A stretch of DNA of 10,240 bases from an uncultured bacterium (GCA_963977445.1 CAXBPH010000252.1:1-10240); one strand, 5' to 3'. Positions 1 to 7,803 are shown, counted from the first letter of the stretch. The notes: a model not told the origin generated them from the letters alone. Made by a program: numbers and translations.

Positions 1-41
1 GTATTAATGCGGTCGATCTGGAGCTCGAAAACACCCAGTAA
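1..41 (+). CDS. Possible 3' end of an upstream gene (partial, product unknown)
   Basis: The frame from position 3 reads INAVDLELENTQ to TAA at 39-41, 47 nt before the GT2 ATG and on the same strand. Too short to confirm. Confidence 0.4.
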   Translation, partial: INAVDLELENTQ

Positions 42-88
42 CGGGCCGCTGGCGCGCCGTGCTGGAGAGAACGGGAAAAGACCAATTC

Positions 89-1036
89 ATGAGCACGGAA
101 AGCCCCGCGTCTGAGTCACCCCTGGGTGTCTCCATTCTGTTTGTTGTCAAAAACGAAGAAAAGAATCTCGCACGAATCCTTCCCCTGATCGCATCGCAGG
201 ATTACACGGGGCAGGTAGAGCTGATTGCAGTGGACTCGGGCTCGACGGATAATACCGTGGCCCTCCTGAAAGAACACGGTGCGTTGTTGCGCGAGATACC
301 GCCCCAGGATTTCCACCATGGGCGGACGCGGAATCTCGCGGCGTCGCTGGCGTCCAACGAGATTCTGGTTTGTTTGTCGGGCGACGCCTTTCCGGCGGAC
401 GCTGGCTGGCTGCGCCATCTGGTAGCGCCATTCACCGACGATCGGGTGGGGGGCGTCTATGGAAAGCAGGTGGCACCCGAGGGGACTGGCACCCGGCGAC
501 GGCAGAGTCTTGCCAGCGAATATTCCGACGTGCGACAGGTGCGCGATCCCGCGCGTATCGAAGGATACCACCCCGGCTATTTTCGTTTTTCAAATGCCAA
601 TGCGGCTATCCGGCGGAGTTGTTGGGAGCAGTTTCGCTGGGATGAAACGGTGCTCCTTGCGGAAGATCAGGGGATGTGTCGTGACCTGCTTTATTCCGGT
701 CGGGTAGTGATTTACGAACCCGACGCACCGGTGATTCATGGCCACGAGCGCTCACTCTGGGGAGAGTTTAAGTTTGCCCTCGACAGCGGCGCGTCGCTGT
801 CCCGTTTGAATATTTTGAACAATCCCGACGTCGGTGGCGAATTCCGCTATGGAATCAGCCGGATGGTGACCGACCTCGCCTACTTTGCTCGTCGAGGACG
901 AATCGATATCGTGGGTATTTCGCTGATTTCTTTTGTGATGCGCTACCTGGGGGTGCAATTGGGCAAACGGGAAGCCCGTCTGCCTCACTGGTTTATGCGC
1001 TATGTTTCCGAGGTCTACGGAAAAATGGGCCACTAA
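89..1036 (+). CDS. Glycosyltransferase family 2, rhamnosyltransferase-like
   Basis: GT-A motifs VSILFVVKNEE, VDSGSTDNT, FHHGRTRNLA, LSGDA (DxD position), FSNANAAIRRSCW, LAEDQ and VIHGH. These resemble the F.HG.TRN/.TQDA/FS...AA.RR..W/ED pattern of GT2 rhamnosyltransferases, and rmlD is adjacent. ATG at 89 is preferred to GTG at 59; start is uncertain. Confidence 0.9.
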   Translation: MSTESPASESPLGVSILFVVKNEEKNLARILPLIASQDYTGQVELIAVDSGSTDNTVALLKEHGALLREIPPQDFHHGRTRNLAASLASNEILVCLSGDAFPADAGWLRHLVAPFTDDRVGGVYGKQVAPEGTGTRRRQSLASEYSDVRQVRDPARIEGYHPGYFRFSNANAAIRRSCWEQFRWDETVLLAEDQGMCRDLLYSGRVVIYEPDAPVIHGHERSLWGEFKFALDSGASLSRLNILNNPDVGGEFRYGISRMVTDLAYFARRGRIDIVGISLISFVMRYLGVQLGKREARLPHWFMRYVSEVYGKMGH

Positions 1037-1046
1037 CCAGCTGGGT

Positions 1047-1931
1047 TTAGCTGGCTGCGGTTTGGTTTTCTGTCTCGGTCAGGTAGGCCTTCAACCCCTC
1101 GCGCCAGTCTGGCATGATGTCCAGGTTTTGGGACTGGGCATTGTAGTTTTCGAGCACGGAATAGGAGGGGCGGCGTACCGGAGACTGAAATTCGGAGGAG
1201 GTCGTGGGTGTCAGCTTTACGTCGGTACCCGTTTCCTCAAAGATAGCTTCGGCGAATTCATACCACGAGCAAGCACCCTGACAGGTCGCATGATAGAGAC
1301 CGGCGGGGCCTTTTTCCGCCAGAAGACGCATTTGCCGGGCCAGTGCCCCCGTATAGGTCGGCGTGGTGATTTCGTCGGTAACAACCTTCACTTCGGGTCG
1401 GGTTGCGGCAAGGTGGAGCATGGTGCCCACAAAATTGCGCCCGCCTTTCGCCCGACAGGCCGCCTCGCCATAGATGGCTGCGGTCCGTACGATAATGTGG
1501 TCGTCCAATACGGAAGCGATCAGATATTCGCCCGCCAGTTTGCTGGCCGCGTAGACACTCAAGGGCTGAGGGCGGTCACTCTCTACAAAGGGGTGGGTGC
1601 CTCCGTCGCCAAAGACATAATCCGTGCTTACATGGACCATGCGGGCGTTGACTTCGTTGCAGGCCACGGCCACGTTGCGCGCGCCCGTCGCGTTGACGGC
1701 AAAGGCGATGGCGGGATCCTGCTCACACAGGGCCACGTTGTGGGCGGCCGACGTATTTATGACCAGCTCCGGTTTCAGATCGCTGATCAGTCCGTTTACC
1801 GCCTTTACGTCCGTGACGTCCATGATATGAAAATCACCGTCCAGGTCGGCCCGATGCAGGGTACAATCTGAAAAAACTGCACAAAGATCGTGCCCCAATT
1901 GACCTTCTGCACCAATGACCAATACGTCCAT
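1047..1931 (-). CDS. rmlD: dTDP-4-dehydrorhamnose reductase (RmlD/RfbD, extended SDR)
   Basis: MDVLVIGAEGQLG (NAD(P)-binding), VNATGARNVA, HVSTDYVF, YAASKLAGE (YxxxK), TPTY, GLYHA, SWYEFA and RPSYSVL. ATG at 1931 has AAGGA upstream. The first 52 residues of the tracked ORF do not look like protein. Confidence 0.95.
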   Translation of the reverse strand: MDVLVIGAEGQLGHDLCAVFSDCTLHRADLDGDFHIMDVTDVKAVNGLISDLKPELVINTSAAHNVALCEQDPAIAFAVNATGARNVAVACNEVNARMVHVSTDYVFGDGGTHPFVESDRPQPLSVYAASKLAGEYLIASVLDDHIIVRTAAIYGEAACRAKGGRNFVGTMLHLAATRPEVKVVTDEITTPTYTGALARQMRLLAEKGPAGLYHATCQGACSWYEFAEAIFEETGTDVKLTPTTSSEFQSPVRRPSYSVLENYNAQSQNLDIMPDWREGLKAYLTETENQTAAS

Positions 1932-1996
1932 GAATTTTTGTTTCCTTTTCAGATTGCTGCACCGAAAGGGCGAAGCGTTGTGTTGAATAGATGAAC

Positions 1997-2011
1997 TGGC
2001 GTGCCGATTGC
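1997..2011 (+). promoter_or_regulatory. Candidate sigma-54 (-24/-12) promoter
   Basis: TGGCGT-GCCGA-TTGC has GG and GC separated by exactly 10 nt (consensus TGGCAC-N5-TTGC). It lies in the rmlD/GT4 divergent gap and points toward GT4-wzx. Confidence 0.4.
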
Positions 2012-2215
2012 GCGTGCCAGACTGTCTGCATGGGTAAAAACAGGTGCCACCACGATGCAACGGGGGCTTTCGGACAACCTGCGTCAATGAAACGACTTGG
2101 GTGCGCTCCCGCGCAGCACCCCGCTGTCCTGAAGACCCGACAGCACCAGTCTACGTATTTATAGAGACTCACGCAAGGCGGACGCGCCGCGATCTGCCAC
2201 CCCCAAGCAGGCCCG

Positions 2216-2224
2216 TGTTATACT
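2216..2224 (+). promoter_or_regulatory. Candidate extended -10 promoter (TGnTATACT) for GT4-wzx
   Basis: TGTTATACT ends 62 nt before the TTG start at 2287. No consensus -35 at 17-nt spacing. Confidence 0.55.
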
Positions 2225-2286
2225 TGCGTTTTTCCGAAAGTCTGGGCCCATTGCACACGGGCAGCTACGTTGGGAAGGGTGCCTAC

Positions 2287-3456
2287 TTGTCAGAATTTTC
2301 CGTGGCGGTTGACCTGAGTTGTCTTATTTCGCGGCCCATGACGGGCGTGGGATATTACACACGCAATCTCTTCGATGCTCTGGTAAAAAGGGAGCCGTCG
2401 GTCGCCCTGCGGCCTTTTCTGGCGTCCGCCCAGGCACCGCCCGAAGACTTGCCACAGATTCTCCAGGGAATGCCCCGTGCCGCGTGTTATCGCTTTCCTA
2501 CCCGCTGGAAAAATGCCCTGTGGACCCAATGGGAATTCCCACCGCTGGCGTGGATGACGGGGAAGACCGATATCGTACATGGGGCTTTTCATCTCTTGCC
2601 TCCCGCTCGCCACGCCAAGCGGGTGGTAACTCTTTTTGACCTTGCCGGGATGCGGCGTGCCGCTATTCATGACGATGGCGAACAGGCGACCCACCGCAAA
2701 CTCCTTGCCCACGCTATTCCCCGGGCAGACGGTATCTTTGCCATATCTCAGAGTTGCAGAAACGACTGCATTGAATTGCTCGGTGCCGATCCCCAGCGGG
2801 TCTACGTGGTGCCCGGCGGCGTGACGTTGGGTGAATTTGAAGGCGCACCGAATGAGGCGCTACTGCAATCGATACGAGAGCGCCACGGCATTCAGGGGGA
2901 CTATTTGATTCACCTGGGTACGCTGGAGCCACGAAAGAACCTCGCGCGGCTGGTGGCGGTCTATGGAAGGCTGGCTGCCCAATACGACGACCTGCCCCAA
3001 CTGGTCCTCGCTGGTGGAAAAGGGTGGATGTATGAACCCATTTTTGAAGCCATCGAAAAATTCCGCCTCCAGGATCGGGTGGTCTGGACCGACTACCTTT
3101 CCCGTGATGAGGCCATTACCCTCCTGCGCCATGCCCGGGCCTGCGTCTATCCCTCACTCTACGAAGGTTTCGGCTTGCCCGTCCTGGAAGCTATGGCCGC
3201 CCGCACCCCGGTGCTGACCTCGAATGTGTCCTCGTTGCCGGAAGTGATCGGTGAAACAGGTATTCTCGTGGAGCCCGAAGATGACGAGAGTCTGGAAGCC
3301 GGATTGATTCGACTGCTCTTTGATCGGGACGATGAGGCCCAGCGCGTTGAGAGAGCCTGGCAGCGGGCCCAGGGGATGACCTGGGACCACAGTGCCGCCC
3401 GACTGCGGGAAAGCTACGAGGCGGTCCTCGCCGACCGGGGCTATGGCCATGAGTGA
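2287..3456 (+). CDS. Glycosyltransferase family 4 (GT-B, MtfB/WbaZ-like)
   Basis: Motifs MTGVGYYTRNL, VVTLFDL, AISQSCRND, LGTLEPRKNL, LVLAGGKGW and PSLYEGFGLPVLEAMAARTPVLTSNVSSLPEV (E-x7-E). Start inferred at TTG 2287, with GGAAGG 8 nt upstream. Confidence 0.93.
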   Translation: MSEFSVAVDLSCLISRPMTGVGYYTRNLFDALVKREPSVALRPFLASAQAPPEDLPQILQGMPRAACYRFPTRWKNALWTQWEFPPLAWMTGKTDIVHGAFHLLPPARHAKRVVTLFDLAGMRRAAIHDDGEQATHRKLLAHAIPRADGIFAISQSCRNDCIELLGADPQRVYVVPGGVTLGEFEGAPNEALLQSIRERHGIQGDYLIHLGTLEPRKNLARLVAVYGRLAAQYDDLPQLVLAGGKGWMYEPIFEAIEKFRLQDRVVWTDYLSRDEAITLLRHARACVYPSLYEGFGLPVLEAMAARTPVLTSNVSSLPEVIGETGILVEPEDDESLEAGLIRLLFDRDDEAQRVERAWQRAQGMTWDHSAARLRESYEAVLADRGYGHE

Positions 3457-4945
3457 CCCGAGCACCACCGAAGAGCGCCTCGCCCAGGAGACGGTCCGGG
3501 TCGGCGTAAACGTGGGGCTATTATTGGCTGCCCGGATTGCCGGTTTGGCCATGAGCCTCGTGCAGTTGGGCATAATCTTCCGCGCCCTCACCTTGTCGGC
3601 CCAGGGCGAGTACCAGGCGGCCTTCAACTTTGCCTCCCTCTTTACCGTTTTTGCTACCCTGGGTATCCAGCGCCTCCTCGTGCGGGATATCGCACGCAAT
3701 CCGAAAATCGCCTGGTCCTATGTGTGGACGGCCCTCACCGTGGTTAGCCTGCTGTCGGCCCTGTGTATGGGCGCCATCTATCTGATTAAGCGGGACTCGG
3801 GCACGGAGGCCCTCGTGCTCTGGGCCGGCGCCTATGTGGTGGTTGCCTGGGCCCTGCAACAGCCCTTTGAGGCACTGTTGATCGCACGGGAGCGCATGGG
3901 CCTCGTCGCCCTGCTGAATGTCCTTGCAGGTGCCCTCAAACTGCTGGCCGTCTGGCTCTTCCTGCCCGTCCCGACTCCTCCCGCCGATTTTGAGGTGCCT
4001 GCCCTGCTCGCCCATCAGGTGGTTGCCGTTGCCAACGGTATGGGGTTCCTTTGTTTTGTCATCGTTACCATTACCGTAAGCGGTATGGAGCTGCCCCGAC
4101 TACGACCTCGGGCCGCCGTGGCCCAGGTCTGGGAATGTATGCCCTTTGCCTTGGCCATGCTGTGCAGTTGGGTTTATTTCAAATCCGATATGGAGCTGCT
4201 TCACCACTTTCGAGGGAATACCGATGCGGGAATTTATGCGCCCGTGCAGAAACTCATGGAGCCTCTTTTGATGGTTGCGGGCCTCTGGGGTACGGCCATT
4301 TTTCCGGCCCTGTGCCGTTTGTCTCACACCGATGCGGAGGGCTTCGCCCACATCAAGGCGACGTCGCTTCGCCTGGCGCTGCTGGTGGCCTGCCCCATGG
4401 CCGTGGGGCTTGGGTTGTTGGCCCAACCCATACTCGTGCTGCTAACGGGCGGCGATAGTGGATTGGCCGATTCGACCCGTGTTTTGCAGATCGTAGCTTT
4501 TATTTTGCCCCTCTTTTACCTCAACGGTATCGGCCAGGAATTTCTCTACGCGGCCCATCGCAATGCCTTTGTGGTGTGGACCTATCTCGCAGCGGCGGTC
4601 GTGAGTGTGGGGTTGAACTTGTGGGCAATTCCAGCGTATGGCGTGGTAGGTCTGGCCTGGGTGGCGGTGATTGCGAACGGCGTGGTGAGTCTTTTCTTTT
4701 GCGTGGGCATGGGTCGCGAAATTGATTTCGGTGGCCTGGCGGTGCTGTTGCTCCGCAGCGCCATTGCCTGTGGTGTTATGTGGGCCGTGGCCTGGTTTGG
4801 TTCCGGGATTCACTTGCTCGCAGGCATCGCCCTGGGGGCCCTTTCCTATGGGGCAGTTCAATGGATACTCGGCACCCTGAATCCGCGCGAACGACTCATG
4901 GTACGACAGGCCGTCGATGGACTCGCCACACGAATTGGGGCGTGA
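3449..4945 (+). CDS. wzx: Wzx-type oligosaccharide flippase (MATE/PST superfamily)
   Basis: About 498 aa with roughly 12-14 hydrophobic segments. Motifs FATLGIQRLLVRDIAR, VYFKSDMELL, AGIYAPVQKLME, AIFPALCRL and LNLWAIPAYGVVGLAW. The start overlaps the GT4 stop (ATGAGTGA, 3449-3456); alternative ATG at 3443. Confidence 0.88.
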   Translation: MSDPSTTEERLAQETVRVGVNVGLLLAARIAGLAMSLVQLGIIFRALTLSAQGEYQAAFNFASLFTVFATLGIQRLLVRDIARNPKIAWSYVWTALTVVSLLSALCMGAIYLIKRDSGTEALVLWAGAYVVVAWALQQPFEALLIARERMGLVALLNVLAGALKLLAVWLFLPVPTPPADFEVPALLAHQVVAVANGMGFLCFVIVTITVSGMELPRLRPRAAVAQVWECMPFALAMLCSWVYFKSDMELLHHFRGNTDAGIYAPVQKLMEPLLMVAGLWGTAIFPALCRLSHTDAEGFAHIKATSLRLALLVACPMAVGLGLLAQPILVLLTGGDSGLADSTRVLQIVAFILPLFYLNGIGQEFLYAAHRNAFVVWTYLAAAVVSVGLNLWAIPAYGVVGLAWVAVIANGVVSLFFCVGMGREIDFGGLAVLLLRSAIACGVMWAVAWFGSGIHLLAGIALGALSYGAVQWILGTLNPRERLMVRQAVDGLATRIGA

Positions 4946-4960
4946 CATTAGGCCCCGGCC

Positions 4961-5033
4961 GGGACAGTTTCCGACGGGTAGGCGGATTTTTTGGTTCCGG
5001 GCCGTGTCGAATGGCCCGTCGGTAACTGTACCC
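4961..5033. repeat. Imperfect ~18-bp inverted repeat just after the wzx stop (possible terminator or RNA stem)
   Basis: GGGACAGTTTCCGACGGG (4961-4978) pairs with CCCGTCGGTAACTGTACCC (5015-5033), with one mismatch and one bulge. Confidence 0.7.
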
Positions 5034-5301
5034 AAAACCTGGCCGTGCACGAGATATTATTCGACGTCCCTTACGGGTCTCACACCCATAAAGCCGGTCG
5101 TTCCCGCCAGCGGCGCGTCTCCGACCTCCCGTCTGTATAGGTGGCACCCTCACCGTTTTCTATGCGTTGCAAGTGTGGTTGATTGTTCACCTTGTTTCAG
5201 CCACACCGGTCATCGTGCTGCCTGCCGAACGAAGTGGTATTGGGCGGCGTGTCGAAAAGTACGTTACCCACGTGGTGAGGCGCGGCAGTTCCCGGCACGT
5301 C

Positions 5302-6453
5302 TTAATTGCTCTTGTTTTGCGCGGGCTTCTTTATTTCAGGCTGGGACATTTCAGGGAAGGCGGGGAACGCCGGGAGGGCCCGTTTGCGTGTGCCGTTGGA
5401 TTTGCCGGGCGATGGAAAGGCGGGAAAGGCCGGTGGTGTCGGTCGCTTCGGCATGGTCATGGACGGTCTTTTTGGCTGTCCGGGGGAGGGGATATCCGGT
5501 CGCCCGATTGTTTGCTGCATTCCCGCGACCGAATGGCTCATGTCGAGGGGGGGCAACGTCGGTGGGGACATTTTGGGCGGCCAGGTTTCGGCTTCCTGTG
5601 CCTGACGATCCTGCAAGTTGGCCAGGTGCTGGCGTAATTGCTCGGGTTCCCGTAAAAGCTGGTTGACGAAGGGGCCATATTGTTCCGCCAGCAGGGGATC
5701 GCGATGTATTAATCGATTCCAATAGCGAATCCAGGGGCGGGCCTCCTGATTGCGGGCCAGATTTATGTTGCGGAGGTGCCAGAGCCAGAGTTCCCGGGGA
5801 TGGCGGTAGAGCTCGGTCGGCAGGCTCTCGGAGTCTCCCGTCGCCTGTGCCAGCTTGTCCAGCTCTTCCCACCACGGAAGTATGGCCTGGTAGGCTTCCG
5901 GTTTTTCGAGGACTTCGCCGAGAGATGTTCGTAAGGCGGCCGACCATTCGGGGTTTTCCACGAAGGTATCATAGGCCGCCCGGAGGGGTTCCGGTAGCGG
6001 GCGGAGCCGTGACGGGTGTTCCAGGAAGCGCATGGCCTCATCGGGATGGGCGCGTAGATATTGCACCGCCTGGGCTACGGCGGGGTCGTCCTTGGCTTTG
6101 TCGAGTTCGGTGCGCAGCAGATTCTCTACGACATCGCGGAGCCCCGGGTTTTGAACGATCTGGTCGTAGAACCTATCGAAGGGCGACTGCACTTCCGAGG
6201 AGGTGCCAATCGCCTCTTCAAACTGATTTTCCAGGTTGCCCAATCCTGGACGGCGGGTGGCCTGCCACCATGCCGTCTCACTCGCCGCCAGTTCGGGTAG
6301 ACGGGCCAGTTCTTTGAGGTATCCCTGGTGGTGGGGCAGGAGGGTGGGTTGTTCTTCCAGCAGGATCTGGAGCGCGGGGGGCACCGGGTCGGTCGGGTGG
6401 GGCGTCGTCGCCTCCGCCCCCAGAACCAGACACAGTGTCCACGCCCATATCAT
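5302..6453 (-). CDS. Hypothetical, probably exported alpha-helical protein with Pro-rich C-terminal tail
   Basis: 383-aa ORF whose ATG overlaps the upstream TGA (ATGA, 6450-6453). Short hydrophobic N-terminus ending in A-E-A, an amphipathic helical core, and a tail with PAFPAFP x2 and PKRP x2. No recognisable family. Confidence 0.8.
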   Translation of the reverse strand: MIWAWTLCLVLGAEATTPHPTDPVPPALQILLEEQPTLLPHHQGYLKELARLPELAASETAWWQATRRPGLGNLENQFEEAIGTSSEVQSPFDRFYDQIVQNPGLRDVVENLLRTELDKAKDDPAVAQAVQYLRAHPDEAMRFLEHPSRLRPLPEPLRAAYDTFVENPEWSAALRTSLGEVLEKPEAYQAILPWWEELDKLAQATGDSESLPTELYRHPRELWLWHLRNINLARNQEARPWIRYWNRLIHRDPLLAEQYGPFVNQLLREPEQLRQHLANLQDRQAQEAETWPPKMSPPTLPPLDMSHSVAGMQQTIGRPDIPSPGQPKRPSMTMPKRPTPPAFPAFPSPGKSNGTRKRALPAFPAFPEMSQPEIKKPAQNKSN

Positions 6454-7757
6454 CGCAAATCGAGCTCCGCAGCCAGGTCCAATACCGTAAAGCGATTGCG
6501 CAGGTAACGGGCCCGCGCCTGCCCATTGTAATATTCTTTTGTGTCTACCGAAAGTTCCTCCGCCGTCGTGGGGCCGCCGACGGCGCGAATACAGGCGGCC
6601 ACGGTTTCTGCCGACTGGAGTTCCTTCTTCGCTTCCTCGCGGAGCCGTCCCAATTGACGGCGGAGCATTTCAATTTCGGCCAGGAACGGGTCGCGGCCCA
6701 GTCGTTTTTCCTGCCACTGTTCCCGGACTTCCGCGCCGACCGTGTCGCCCCAATCGGAGGTTATCGACGCCTCAATCTCAGCTTCATCGGTCTGGCGGGC
6801 CCACAGGGCTTCGCCGTCCAGGGTGTCGGGGTTCTGTGCGAGTATTTTTTCCCACAGACCCAGGGTATAGATTGTGGCGACACCCACCTGGGCACCATGG
6901 AGATCTTGGCCCGTGTTGTAGAGGGCATGCTTCATGTCGAGATAATGGGAGATGAGGTGTTCGCCTCCGGAGGCCGGTGCGGACGACCCGGCGATGACCA
7001 TGCCGAAGCCGCTCAGCAGGAGGGCCTCCATGACCAATTGAATGCCTTCCGGGGTGCCTGCGCCGATGGCGGTCGTTTCCTTAAACAGGCGCTCCTGGAT
7101 GCCGTCGTTGAATTCCCGTGGACGATCGCAATAGTAGCCCCCACGCAAGAGGTGAGAGGCTCGCCAGTCCGCCGCCGAAGAGCATTTCGACAGGAAATCA
7201 GCCACGCCCGCCGCCGCCATCCGCTGGGGAGCCGTTGCGACAACTTCCGGGTCGGTGAAGACACCAACGGCCGGTTCACAGGGGAGGGTACGCTTCAGTC
7301 CACGGACCTTCAGGGCGACGATGGCCGAGGTGTAGCCGTTCATGGAGGCGGCCGTGGGGTAGAGGAGGACGGGCTTGTCCTGTTTGCTTCCCGCATCTTT
7401 GGCGAGGTCGCAGAGGGTGCCCGAGCCAATGGCGATGTAGCAATCCGTATTTTTGCCGGCCTGTGCCACCTCGTCAGCCCGTTCCTGGGTGGCTTCAAAG
7501 GCGGTGGCGGGAAAGGTTACCGGTTCAATGGCAATGCCCGCATTTCGCAACGCATCGTGGAGGCGTCCGGCCTCGGCGATGAGGGTATTCTCATCGGCGA
7601 CGAGGAGACAGGACTTCACCCCCTTGTTTCGGGCGAAGGCGGCAAGCTGGTCTGCCGCGTCGGGTCCGATGGTGCAGCGTTCTATGGGGAGCATATGGTG
7701 CTGACCGCATTCGCAGTCAAACGCCGTGCCGAGGGTGTGCCATCCCAGTTTTTTCAT
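6450..7757 (-). CDS. araM: sn-glycerol-1-phosphate dehydrogenase, AraM/EgsA family (DHQS-like/Fe-ADH superfamily)
   Basis: N-terminal CECGQHH, VADENT, IGSGTLCDLAK, PTAASMNGYTS, AGVADFLSK, ADW, SSAPASGGEHLISHYLDM and LHGAQVG (metal-binding His), and C-terminal RNRFTVLDL. This is the bacterial AraM-type pattern. Confidence 0.9.
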   Translation of the reverse strand: MKKLGWHTLGTAFDCECGQHHMLPIERCTIGPDAADQLAAFARNKGVKSCLLVADENTLIAEAGRLHDALRNAGIAIEPVTFPATAFEATQERADEVAQAGKNTDCYIAIGSGTLCDLAKDAGSKQDKPVLLYPTAASMNGYTSAIVALKVRGLKRTLPCEPAVGVFTDPEVVATAPQRMAAAGVADFLSKCSSAADWRASHLLRGGYYCDRPREFNDGIQERLFKETTAIGAGTPEGIQLVMEALLLSGFGMVIAGSSAPASGGEHLISHYLDMKHALYNTGQDLHGAQVGVATIYTLGLWEKILAQNPDTLDGEALWARQTDEAEIEASITSDWGDTVGAEVREQWQEKRLGRDPFLAEIEMLRRQLGRLREEAKKELQSAETVAACIRAVGGPTTAEELSVDTKEYYNGQARARYLRNRFTVLDLAAELDLR

Positions 7758-7803
7758 AGCGGGAACGATTCCTAACGTCAGTTTGTAATGGGGTAGATCG
7801 GAT

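Noticed and set aside
1002..1871. 289-aa + strand ORF
   Set aside because: Antisense shadow of rmlD with no recognisable motifs; expected from GC-rich codon usage.
1932..2286. N-terminal extensions of the tracked rmlD (to 2087) and GT4 (from 2044) ORFs
   Set aside because: They would overlap each other, do not look like protein, and precede the family N-terminal motifs. Better starts with RBS exist at 1931 and 2287.
2043..5148. Palindrome GGTGnCACC in both gaps flanking GT4-wzx (possible element ends)
   Set aside because: Only 9 bp, also present inside the GT2 CDS (about 469-477), and no transposase or target duplication was seen.
4937..5301. tmRNA-like size, GGGGC start and a loose 3'-end resemblance (GCGCCTCACCA on -) in the gap
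   Set aside because: No T-loop GTTCRA, no matching acceptor stem on one strand and no tag ORF identified; the two hints lie on opposite strands.
4917..5666. 249-aa + ORF and other small ORFs across the wzx gap
   Set aside because: Arg/Pro/Cys-rich non-coding-like composition and overlap with better-supported genes.
6435..7775. 446-aa + strand ORF
   Set aside because: Covers almost exactly the araM gene on the opposite strand; shadow ORF with no independent protein features.
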